From sequence record PQ303785.1: DNA of 64,000 bases. One strand, 5' to 3'. A program made the translations under genes and the position numbers. The notes under the pieces were generated by a model. The model saw nothing but the letters and a program-made list of their open reading frames with translations. It ran no database searches and was not told where the DNA came from. Of this stretch, positions 11,413 to 19,916 are shown piece after piece (position 1 is the first letter of the stretch; every line of letters begins with the position of its first letter). This DNA comes from Escherichia phage LYE-01.

Positions 11413-11428
11413 AGGGGCTTCGGCCCCT
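11413..11428 (+). terminator. Hairpin AGGGGC-TTCG-GCCCCT
   Basis: UUCG tetraloop stem-loop after stop of preceding ORF; identical hairpin recurs at 31832 and, inverted, at 41388. Confidence 0.55.
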
Positions 11429-11444
11429 TACTGAGGAAAATACT

Positions 11445-11732
11445 ATGTTTATGACTACTTATTTTGATACTCGTAAAAATTTTTGCGAAGTAGTTTTCTC
11501 TAAGGCGCCTAAAGACCTTCCTGCTCATTTGCAGCCTACCAGTGAATCGATTAAAAACTACGTTAATGTAGTATGTCCTTTAGAGTTCCGTACTGTAAAT
11601 GGGCGTGATACTCTAGCTATCGCTAAACTCAATCGTGAAATTGACATTGACCCTTCAATTGCGCGTGAAATTAACATTTCTGATATTGACGGCGGTAATG
11701 TTAAATCGCATGGTTTTCAGATGAGGTTCTAA
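11445..11732 (+). CDS. Hypothetical protein, 95 aa
   Basis: Track ORF with GAGGA RBS. Confidence 0.5.
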   Translation: MFMTTYFDTRKNFCEVVFSKAPKDLPAHLQPTSESIKNYVNVVCPLEFRTVNGRDTLAIAKLNREIDIDPSIAREINISDIDGGNVKSHGFQMRF

Positions 11733-11929
11733 TGAAATTCTTTTTGGGTCAAACTGTTGAATTAAAGGGAGTCGGTATACCTGGATTAATTTCTAAGGTT
11801 CTACCTCCATTTAAATGGAGTGGTATTCAAATAAAAGAGGCTTATATTGTTTCCTGGGTAGATGGAAATGAAGACCTTCGTATGGGTGATGAATTATCTC
11901 CTATCTATGGATTAAAGGAATTAGTATGA
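11732..11929 (+). CDS. Hypothetical protein, 65 aa
   Basis: Track ORF. Confidence 0.4.
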   Translation: MKFFLGQTVELKGVGIPGLISKVLPPFKWSGIQIKEAYIVSWVDGNEDLRMGDELSPIYGLKELV

Positions 11930-12132
11930 ATATAATTAATAAGATTTTTGGAATTCAGTACATTAAGGTCACATATAAAGTAACGTATAAAGGTCCGTAT
12001 ACCGATGAACATGAAGAACCACAAGTTAAGTCTATTATATTAGAAAAGGACCCTAACTGGCCAGTTGAATTTCGTCTTCCTTGCTATGGTCATTGGGCTG
12101 ATGTTGAAATTATAAGTATTGAAAATGTCTGA
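11926..12132 (+). CDS. Hypothetical protein, 68 aa
   Basis: Track ORF. Confidence 0.4.
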   Translation: MNIINKIFGIQYIKVTYKVTYKGPYTDEHEEPQVKSIILEKDPNWPVEFRLPCYGHWADVEIISIENV

Positions 12133-12583
12133 GCTAGAAATAAGAAGCAATTTTAGATGGCCATCATGTGCATTAAGCAATTTCGCCCAATGGCCTTTCG
12201 TTATGGATGGTATCCAATTTGGAGGTCTCGAAGGATTCCTTCAAGGATGTAAGGTGAAAAATGCTGAACAACAACGTCGTATATTTGGGTTATCCGGGCT
12301 TGCCGCCCAACAAGCTGGAAGGTCTTATGCTAGAGCTCAAGACCGTGGGACCCTCTTCTGGCTTGGAGTTCCGTTTTCAAGATACTCTCCAGCGTGGAAA
12401 GAATTATACACAAATGCATACTTTGAAGCAGCGATCCAAAACAAGGGCTTTCGTGATGCATTACAAGCCTCGAAAGGAAAAGTTTTGAAGCACAGCATGG
12501 CTAGTGGTCTAACAAAAGATGATACAATACTAACCGAAGCTGAATTTATTGATGTGTTAAACCTATTAAGAGACTCTCTATGA
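12119..12583 (+). CDS. NADAR (YbiA-like) domain protein, 154 aa
   Basis: Track ORF; motif LSNFAQWP...DG...EGFLQGCK resembles the YbiA/NADAR signature FSNFAAWP...DG...EHYFQAQK; locally elevated GC. Confidence 0.6.
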   Translation: MKMSELEIRSNFRWPSCALSNFAQWPFVMDGIQFGGLEGFLQGCKVKNAEQQRRIFGLSGLAAQQAGRSYARAQDRGTLFWLGVPFSRYSPAWKELYTNAYFEAAIQNKGFRDALQASKGKVLKHSMASGLTKDDTILTEAEFIDVLNLLRDSL

Positions 12584-13419
12584 AGCCTACTATTTTAACT
12601 GATATTGATGGAGTATGTTTAAGCTGGCAATCAGGTCTTCCTTATTTTGCTCAAAAATATAATCTTCCATTAGAACATATTTTAAAAATGATCCAAGATG
12701 AGAAATTTATTTCTCCAGGTAAACTCTTTAATTGTGACGAAGAACTTGGCGTCAAGTTAATTGAAAAATACAATCGTTCAGATTTTATTCGTTACTTGTC
12801 TCCGTATAAAGATGCCCTGTGTGTAATTAACAAATTAAAGGAAGATTATAATTTTGTAGCTGTTACAGCATTGGGCGATTCTATTGACGCTCTGTTGAAT
12901 CGTCAATTTAATTTGAATGCTCTTTTTCCTGGTGCCTTCTCAGAAGTAATGATGTGTGGTCATGATTCTTCAAAAGAAGAGCTGTTCAAAAAGGCAAAAG
13001 AGAAATATAACGTAATTTGTTATATTGACGATCTCGCTCATCACTGCGATCATGCAAGTGAAATATTAAATGTTCCTGTTTATTGGATGGCTCGAGGGGA
13101 GCGTGATAATATTCCAAAAACTGCTCAGCGAGTTTATACATGGAATGATGTAGAAAATAAGCTTTTTTCGCCGAAGGAAAATAAAGAAAGTTTTGATAGT
13201 GAAAAAGCTATAAAAGATTTAATTGAGAAGATGGTTAAAAACGATTCTTTTCCTTGGAACACTACCTGGAGAACGCCTGGATTAAATCCTTATAATCATC
13301 TATATCATCCATATCAGACACATCCGTTTCAGACATGGAACTATATTAAACCTGGTGGCATAGAGTATTTGTATAATAGACCTACTAGTGGTGATAATAT
13401 TTTTCAAGGAGCATTCTAA
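12580..13419 (+). CDS. HAD-superfamily phosphatase-like protein (possible 5' nucleotidase), 279 aa
   Basis: Track ORF; N-terminal motif ILTDIDGV (HAD motif I) and later YIDDLAHH. Confidence 0.5.
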   Translation: MKPTILTDIDGVCLSWQSGLPYFAQKYNLPLEHILKMIQDEKFISPGKLFNCDEELGVKLIEKYNRSDFIRYLSPYKDALCVINKLKEDYNFVAVTALGDSIDALLNRQFNLNALFPGAFSEVMMCGHDSSKEELFKKAKEKYNVICYIDDLAHHCDHASEILNVPVYWMARGERDNIPKTAQRVYTWNDVENKLFSPKENKESFDSEKAIKDLIEKMVKNDSFPWNTTWRTPGLNPYNHLYHPYQTHPFQTWNYIKPGGIEYLYNRPTSGDNIFQGAF

Positions 13420-13688
13420 TGTTTGTTGTTCATACTATTTATGAAAATGAAGGTAATACTACACGTGATTACGGTCACGTAAATCAATTTTTTAGATGCA
13501 ATCCAGAATTCCGTGCTCAAAAAGACGAACGAATTTTTAAAAAATGTGTAGAACAAGGTTTCATTTACGTCAAGCACTGGATGCAAGGAAATAAAGTTAG
13601 AACTACATATCATAGGTCTTTGCCTGAGCTTAATGATGAATTGATTTATAATAGAGCTGTAAACCAAACCTTGAAGGATGAGCAATGA
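13419..13688 (+). CDS. Hypothetical protein, 89 aa
   Basis: Track ORF; mirror ORF on minus strand judged spurious. Confidence 0.45.
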   Translation: MFVVHTIYENEGNTTRDYGHVNQFFRCNPEFRAQKDERIFKKCVEQGFIYVKHWMQGNKVRTTYHRSLPELNDELIYNRAVNQTLKDEQ

Positions 13689-15145
13689 TTCTTAAAATTC
13701 TGAATGAAATAGCATCTATTGGATCAACTAAGCAGAAGCAAGCAATTCTTGAAAAGAATAAAGATAATGAATTGCTTAAACGAGTATATCGTCTGACTTA
13801 TTCTCGTGGGTTACAGTATTATATCAAGAAATGGCCTAAGCCTGGTATTGCTACCCAGAGTTTTGGAATGCTGACTATTACCGATATGCTTGACTTCATT
13901 GAATTCACGTTAGCTACTCGGAAATTGACTGGAAATGCAGCAATTGAGGAATTAACTGGATATATCACTGATGGTAAAAAGGATGATGTTGAAGTTTTGC
14001 GTCGGGTTATGATGCGAGACCTTGAATGCGGTGCTTCAGTATCTATTGCAAACAAAGTTTGGCCAGGTTTAATTCCTGAACAACCTCAAATGCTGGCAAG
14101 TTCTTATGATGAAAAAGGCATTAGTAAGAATATCAAGTTTCCAGCCTTTGCGCAGTTAAAAGCAGATGGAGCTCGGTGTTTTGCTGAAGTCCGAGGCGAT
14201 GAATTAGATGATGTTCGTCTTTTATCGCGAGCTGGTAATGAATATCTAGGATTAGATCTTCTTAAGGAAGAGTTAATCAAAATGACTGCTGAAGCCCGCC
14301 AGATTCATCCAGAAGGTGTGTTAATTGATGGCGAATTGGTATACCATGAGCAAGTTGAAAAGGAACCAGAAGGCCTAGATTTTCTTTTTGATGCTCCTGA
14401 AATCAGTAAAGCTAAAGAGTTTGCCGAAGTAGCTGAATCTCGTACTGCTTCTAATGGAATCGCTAATAAATCTTTAAAGGGAACTATTTCAGAAAAAGAA
14501 GCCCAATGTATGAAGTTTCAGGTCTGGGATTATGTTCCGTTGGTAGAAATATACGGTCTTCCGGCGTTTCGTTTAAAATATGATGTACGTTTTTCTAAAC
14601 TAGAACAAATGACATCAGGATATGATAAAGTAATTTTAATTGAAAACCAAGTAGTAAATAACCTAGATGAAGCTAAGGTAATTTATAAAAAATATATTGA
14701 CCAAGGTCTTGAAGGTATTATTCTCAAAAATACCGATGGATTGTGGGAAAATGCTCGTTCAAAAAATCTCTATAAATTTAAAGAAGTAATTGATGTTGAT
14801 TTAAAAATTGTAGGAATTTATCCTCACCGTAAAGACCCTACTAAAGCGGGTGGATTTATTCTTGAATCAGAGTGTGGAAAAATTAAAGTAAATGCTGGTT
14901 CAGGCTTAAAAGATAAAGCCGGTGTAAAATCACATGAACTTGACCGTACTCGCATTATGGAAAACCAAAATTATTATATTGGAAAAATTCTAGAGTGCGA
15001 ATGCAATGGTTGGTTAAAATCTGATGGTCGCACTGATTACGTTAAATTATTTCTTCCAATTGCGATTCGTTTACGTGAAGATAAAACTAAAGCTAATACA
15101 TTCGAGGATGTATTTGGTGATTTTCATGAGGTAACTGGTTTATGA
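13685..15145 (+). CDS. 30: ATP-dependent DNA ligase, 486 aa
   Basis: Track ORF; adenylation motif KADG (AQLKADGARC); sequence matches recalled T4 DNA ligase. Confidence 0.9.
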   Translation: MILKILNEIASIGSTKQKQAILEKNKDNELLKRVYRLTYSRGLQYYIKKWPKPGIATQSFGMLTITDMLDFIEFTLATRKLTGNAAIEELTGYITDGKKDDVEVLRRVMMRDLECGASVSIANKVWPGLIPEQPQMLASSYDEKGISKNIKFPAFAQLKADGARCFAEVRGDELDDVRLLSRAGNEYLGLDLLKEELIKMTAEARQIHPEGVLIDGELVYHEQVEKEPEGLDFLFDAPEISKAKEFAEVAESRTASNGIANKSLKGTISEKEAQCMKFQVWDYVPLVEIYGLPAFRLKYDVRFSKLEQMTSGYDKVILIENQVVNNLDEAKVIYKKYIDQGLEGIILKNTDGLWENARSKNLYKFKEVIDVDLKIVGIYPHRKDPTKAGGFILESECGKIKVNAGSGLKDKAGVKSHELDRTRIMENQNYYIGKILECECNGWLKSDGRTDYVKLFLPIAIRLREDKTKANTFEDVFGDFHEVTGL

Positions 15146-15330
15146 AAGCTTACTTAGAAACAATTGTCGTGGCTCAAAAAGAAGGTGGAGATGTTTCTAC
15201 TTCGGTATCACAAGTCATTCTCGAATTTGTAGATGCATATGCTTATAATAAATTTACAGAAACATTTGATGCCTACGAAAAAGGTCCAAAGTTTGAAATA
15301 TATCGTACTCTCTTACCACTAGATTATTAA
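15142..15330 (+). CDS. Hypothetical protein, 62 aa
   Basis: Track ORF overlapping ligase stop. Confidence 0.4.
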   Translation: MKAYLETIVVAQKEGGDVSTSVSQVILEFVDAYAYNKFTETFDAYEKGPKFEIYRTLLPLDY

Positions 15331-15345
15331 AGGCCTTCGGGCCTT
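15330..15345 (+). terminator. Hairpin AAGGCC-TTCG-GGCCTT
   Basis: UUCG tetraloop hairpin between the 62-aa ORF and alt. Confidence 0.5.
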
Positions 15346-15351
15346 TAATTT

Positions 15352-15359
15352 TATAAATA
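15352..15359 (+). promoter_or_regulatory. T4 late promoter TATAAATA upstream of alt
   Basis: Exact TATAAATA about 25 nt upstream of ATG, followed by GAGAGGA RBS. Confidence 0.55.
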
Positions 15360-15382
15360 GAATAAACACTAGAGAGGATATG

Positions 15383-17476
15383 ATGGAACTCATTACAGAA
15401 TTATTTGACGAAGATACTACTCTTCCGATTACAAACTTAAATCCAAAGAAGAAAATACCACAAATTTTTTCAGTTCATGTTGATGATGCAATTGAACAAC
15501 CAGGCTTTCGTTTATGTACCTATACATCTGGAGGTGATACTAATCGCGATTTAAAAATGGGCGATAAAATGATGCATATTGTTCCTTTTACATTAACTGC
15601 TAAAGGTTCAATTGCTAAATTAAAAGGTCTCGGTCCAAGTCCAATTAATTACATCAATTCAGTTTTTACTGTTGCAATGCAGACGATGCGTCAGTATAAA
15701 ATTGATGCCTGTATGCTTCGTATTCTTAAGTCTAAAACTGCTGGTCAAGCTCGACAAATTCAAGTTATTGCTGATAGACTTATCCGTAGTCGTTCAGGTG
15801 GCAGATACGTCCTTCTTAAGGAACTCTGGGATTACGATAAAAAGTACGCATATATTCTTATACATCGCAAAAATGTATCACTAGAAGACATTCCAGGAGT
15901 TCCGGAAATTAGTACCGAGCTTTTTACTAAAGTCGAATCGAAGGTCGGCGATGTTTATATCAATAAAGATACTGGAGCTCAAGTAACTAAAAATGAAGCA
16001 ATTGCAGCATCTATTGCGCAAGAAAATGATAAACGTTCTGACCAAGCTGTAATCGTTAAAGTTAAAATTTCCCGTAGAGCAATTGCGCAAAGTCAATCAT
16101 TAGAATCTTCTAGATTTGAAAGCGAATTATTCCAGAAGTATGAATCTACCGCAGCCAATTTTAATAAGCCTGCTACTGCTCCTTTAATTCCAGAAGCAGA
16201 AGAAATGAAGCTTGGAATTAATTCATTAGCTTCTAAAACTAAGGCAGCAAAAATCATTGCCGAAGGAACCGCAGATGAACTTCACTATGACTATAAATTC
16301 TTTTCAAAAAGTGAGGTTAATGAAGTTTCTGAAAAAATTAAAGATGTAATTCTTAATGCGATTAAAAATGAACCAACTACTTCAATAAAATGTTTAGAGA
16401 AATACGCAGCAGCTGTTAATCAATTCTTTGAAGAATATAAAGATAATTGGCTTGATAAACATAATAAAACTCGTAAAGGACAGCCAGATGAAGTCTGGGA
16501 AGAAATAACTAAAAATTCCTGGAACGCAGCAAAAACTAAATTCCTCAAACGAATGATTTATAGCTTTTCTGGAATTGGTGCAGGTCCAATGATTGATATT
16601 ACCATTGCCCGTGATGGTTCTAAATACACTCCATCGCAAAAGCGCGGAATTAGAGAGTATTGCGGATCAGGATATACTGACATCAATAATCTTCTTTTAG
16701 GCCGCTACAATCCAGAACGATATGATGTAATGAGTGAAAAAGAAATTGAATCTGCGATAAATAATTTAGATTCAGCTTTTGAAAATGGTGACCGTATACC
16801 AGAAGGCATTACAGTTTATCGTGCTCAAAGTATGACTGCTCCTATATATGAAGCACTAGTTAAAAATAAAGTGTTCTATTTCAGAAATTTTGTATCTACT
16901 TCTTTAACTCCTATCATTTTTGGACGTTTTGGAATTACACATGCTGGTATCGGTCTTTTAGAACCAGAAGCTCGCAATGAATTAACAGTTGATAAAAATG
17001 AAGAAGGAATAACTATTAATCCAAACGAAATAAGAGCGTATAAAGAAAATCCTGAATACGTTAAAGTTCAAATAGGATGGGCTATTGATGGAGCTCATAA
17101 AGTTAATGTTGTATATCCAGGAAGTCTCGGAATAGCAACAGAAGCTGAAGTTATTCTACCACGCGGATTGATGGTCAAAGTTAATAAAATAACTGATGCT
17201 TCTAATAATGATGGAACAACATCTAATAATACAAAACTCATTCAAGCTGAAGTTATGACTACGGAAGAACTCACCGAATCGGTAATTTATGACGGTGACC
17301 GTCTAATGGAAACTGGTGAATTGGTTGCAATGACAGATGATATTGAAATAGAAGACAGAGTTGACTTTGCATCATTTGTTTCATCAAATGTTAAACAGAA
17401 AGCAGAATCATCTCTCGGAATTATTGCGTCTTGCATAGATATTACAAACATGCCTTACAAGTTCGTTCAAGGATAA
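15383..17476 (+). CDS. alt: Alt-type ADP-ribosyltransferase (packaged internal head protein), about 697 aa
   Basis: Track ORF 15380..17476 (MM start); N-terminus MELITELFDE; R-S-E ART motifs (YRAQ, FVSTSL, EAEVILPRG). Confidence 0.8.
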   Translation: MELITELFDEDTTLPITNLNPKKKIPQIFSVHVDDAIEQPGFRLCTYTSGGDTNRDLKMGDKMMHIVPFTLTAKGSIAKLKGLGPSPINYINSVFTVAMQTMRQYKIDACMLRILKSKTAGQARQIQVIADRLIRSRSGGRYVLLKELWDYDKKYAYILIHRKNVSLEDIPGVPEISTELFTKVESKVGDVYINKDTGAQVTKNEAIAASIAQENDKRSDQAVIVKVKISRRAIAQSQSLESSRFESELFQKYESTAANFNKPATAPLIPEAEEMKLGINSLASKTKAAKIIAEGTADELHYDYKFFSKSEVNEVSEKIKDVILNAIKNEPTTSIKCLEKYAAAVNQFFEEYKDNWLDKHNKTRKGQPDEVWEEITKNSWNAAKTKFLKRMIYSFSGIGAGPMIDITIARDGSKYTPSQKRGIREYCGSGYTDINNLLLGRYNPERYDVMSEKEIESAINNLDSAFENGDRIPEGITVYRAQSMTAPIYEALVKNKVFYFRNFVSTSLTPIIFGRFGITHAGIGLLEPEARNELTVDKNEEGITINPNEIRAYKENPEYVKVQIGWAIDGAHKVNVVYPGSLGIATEAEVILPRGLMVKVNKITDASNNDGTTSNNTKLIQAEVMTTEELTESVIYDGDRLMETGELVAMTDDIEIEDRVDFASFVSSNVKQKAESSLGIIASCIDITNMPYKFVQG

Positions 17477-17479
17477 ATC

Positions 17480-19537
17480 ATGGAACTTATTACAGAATTA
17501 TTTGACGGCGCTTCGGCGCCGGTTGTTAACTTAAATCCTAAGCATAAAATACCTCAAATTTTTGCTATTCAAGCAGGCGAAGAAAGCGTGCTTCCTGGAT
17601 TTAGATTTTGTACATACACCTCTGGCGGTGATACAAATAAAAACGTTAAGCCAGGCGATAAAATGATGCATATCGTAATGATAGGTGTCAATGAGAAACT
17701 ATCATTAGTTAAACTTAGAAACTTGGGTGGAAATCCAATTGGTGTCATTAATGCGGTTTTTGATACTGCTCTTCAGACAATGAAACAATACAAAATTGAC
17801 GCATGCTTATTCCGCGTACTAAAGAGTAAAACAAATGGTGCAGCTCGTCAAATGCAAGTTATTGCCGACCGTTTAGTACGTACTAAAGGAGCAGGTCGAT
17901 ATGTTCTTTTAAAGGAAATCTGGGATTACGATAAAAAGTACGCATATATTATGGTTTACCGTAAAAATGCTAATTTAGAAGACATTCCAGGTGTACCTCC
18001 TATTTCAACTGAGTTATTCACAAAAGTTGAATCAAAGGTTGGTGATGTTTATGTAGATGTTAAAACAGGTAATGCTGTTCCTAAAGCTGTTGCTGTTGCT
18101 GCTTCTATTGCTTTAGAAAATGATAAGCGCACGGATCAAGCTGTTATTCAGAAAACTAAAATTAGTCGTCGGTTAGCAGCACAAGCTCAATATTCTACTG
18201 TCGATGCTTCACTTCAGGGTGATAGCTTCGCTGCTAAGAAATATCAAGAGTTTGAATCTAAAGTTCCGGTATATAAAGCAGAAGGACCAATGAACTCTGG
18301 CGTTATTCAGGTTGGTTCAAACTTCAGCAAAGGAGCTATCGGTGGTATGAGAAGTGCTTCCCGTTTTAAATCTAGTGATTATGAATTAGAAAGCTTCCGA
18401 AATCATATTGCATTGGCTCATGCGCGTTTACGTGATCCATCTATCAAGTTACAGAGCGATATATCATATCAAGGTTCTCAAGAATATTTAAAGAATAAAG
18501 AATTTTTTGATTATAAAACTGATAAAATTTTAAGTGATCTTGCTGACATTAATATTTCTAATAGCTTTGATGTTATTAAGAAAATTGTCAATGATTTAGT
18601 TAAAGGTTCTAAAGCCACACCAGATGAAAAGGTAGCTATTGTTCAATTTGTCATGAATGGCGTTTATAAATTGATTAATGAGTCTGCTTCTCAAGCGTAT
18701 GAATATGCAAGTACTGAAGTAACTCCAAAAGGATTAACTCAGGCTGAGTCTGATGTAATTGAAGATTATTGTGCAGATTCATATGTTGAAATGAACTCGT
18801 TCCTTTTAGGTAAACCGGATTCTACTCGTGAAGAATACATGGAACGAGCTATTAAACACATCGAGACAATGGATTCTGCCTTTGCCAAAGGATCAGTTCT
18901 TCCTCCAGGAACTACACTTTACCGTGGACAAGAAGTTACCTTTAAAACTTTACGTCATAATATTGAAAATAAAATGTTCTACTTCAAGAACTTCGTATCC
19001 ACATCGCTTAAACCAAATATCTTCGGTGAGTATGGTAAAAACTATATGGCTCTAGATGATTCCGGCGCAGTATTTTCTGGTGAAGGAGAAGGTTCAGTTG
19101 ACGCAGAAGATTTGATGCATATGGGCAGTCACTCTGCTTATGCGAATGAAGATGCTGAAACTAGCGTGGGTATGGTAATTAAAGGAGCTGAGCGAATCAA
19201 AGTTATCGTTCCAGGACATTTATCAGGATTTCCATCAGAAGCTGAAGTTATTTTACCGCGTGGAATTTTGCTGAAGATTAATAAAGTGAGTACGTACATG
19301 ATGAAAGAAACTGCTTATAATAAGTATCTAATCGAAGGCACAATCGTTCCTCCTTCTGAACAATTAGAAGAATCGGTATATGATGGCGACCATCTAATGG
19401 AAACTGGTGAAGTTCGTCCAATGGCTGGATTTAATCAATTCCTTGTAGAAGAATCAAAAGAAGAGGAAAACGAAGTTTCTCAAATCTTGGCTTCTTTGGT
19501 TAACATCAACGGAATGTCTAAAAAGTTCAAGATGTAG
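17480..19537 (+). CDS. Second Alt-like ADP-ribosyltransferase paralog, 685 aa
   Basis: Track ORF; same N-terminal MELITELFD leader and conserved blocks (CTYTSGGDTN, KYAYI, GVP, ISTELFTKVESKVGDVY); ART motifs retained (YRGQ, FVSTSL, EAEVILPRG); central region diverged. Confidence 0.75.
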   Translation: MELITELFDGASAPVVNLNPKHKIPQIFAIQAGEESVLPGFRFCTYTSGGDTNKNVKPGDKMMHIVMIGVNEKLSLVKLRNLGGNPIGVINAVFDTALQTMKQYKIDACLFRVLKSKTNGAARQMQVIADRLVRTKGAGRYVLLKEIWDYDKKYAYIMVYRKNANLEDIPGVPPISTELFTKVESKVGDVYVDVKTGNAVPKAVAVAASIALENDKRTDQAVIQKTKISRRLAAQAQYSTVDASLQGDSFAAKKYQEFESKVPVYKAEGPMNSGVIQVGSNFSKGAIGGMRSASRFKSSDYELESFRNHIALAHARLRDPSIKLQSDISYQGSQEYLKNKEFFDYKTDKILSDLADINISNSFDVIKKIVNDLVKGSKATPDEKVAIVQFVMNGVYKLINESASQAYEYASTEVTPKGLTQAESDVIEDYCADSYVEMNSFLLGKPDSTREEYMERAIKHIETMDSAFAKGSVLPPGTTLYRGQEVTFKTLRHNIENKMFYFKNFVSTSLKPNIFGEYGKNYMALDDSGAVFSGEGEGSVDAEDLMHMGSHSAYANEDAETSVGMVIKGAERIKVIVPGHLSGFPSEAEVILPRGILLKINKVSTYMMKETAYNKYLIEGTIVPPSEQLEESVYDGDHLMETGEVRPMAGFNQFLVEESKEEENEVSQILASLVNINGMSKKFKM

Positions 19538-19590
19538 TTTACAAGTCACTCGTGTTGTGTTATAATAATCTTACTGACATAACATGAGGA
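19537..19590 (+). promoter_or_regulatory. Early promoter (GTTTAC -35, 18-nt spacer, TGTTATAAT extended -10) plus conserved leader; copy 2 of duplicated cassette
   Basis: About 93 percent identical to 3718..3771; here the -10 is consensus TATAAT. Confidence 0.5.
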
Positions 19591-19597
19591 ACACAAA

Positions 19598-19888
19598 ATG
19601 AAATCTTCTTTGCGCTTTTTAGGTCAAGAACTCGTAGTTGAAGGCGTTATTCCTGCTGATAACGCTTTTAATGAAGCGGTTTACGACGAATTTATCAAAA
19701 TTTTTGGAACAGATAAAAAGTTCGGAATTTTTCCTTCTGAAAATTTTTCAAAGCCAGAACAGACTGAAAGCATTTTCCAAGGTGTAGTAACAGGTAAATT
19801 TGAGTCAGAAGCTCCGGTAAAAATTGAAGTTTATATTGAAGACAGTTTAGTTGCTTCAGTTGCTGCTTTTATTTCATTCCGTAAATAA
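19598..19888 (+). CDS. Hypothetical protein, 96 aa
   Basis: Track ORF; GAGGA RBS 7 nt upstream. Confidence 0.55.
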   Translation: MKSSLRFLGQELVVEGVIPADNAFNEAVYDEFIKIFGTDKKFGIFPSENFSKPEQTESIFQGVVTGKFESEAPVKIEVYIEDSLVASVAAFISFRK

Positions 19889-19892
19889 AAAT

Positions 19893-19914
19893 ATGGGGAC
19901 CTTTCGGTCCCCAT
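19893..19914. terminator. Bidirectional terminator hairpin ATGGGGACC-TTTC-GGTCCCCAT between convergent genes
   Basis: 9-bp stem read from sequence between plus-strand ORF end and gene 54 end. Confidence 0.6.
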
Positions 19915-19916
19915 TG

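Noticed and set aside
12261-12488. 75-aa alternative-frame ORF inside the NADAR gene
   Set aside because: Wholly contained in the better-supported frame; arises from the locally higher GC content.
13416-13685. Minus-strand 89-aa ORF mirroring the plus-strand 13419..13688 ORF
   Set aside because: The plus-strand ORF is translationally coupled to its neighbours; the antisense frame has no start context.
15383-19537. Alt duplication as an assembly artefact
   Set aside because: The two copies are substantially diverged at protein level in the central region, so they are not a collapsed or duplicated identical repeat.
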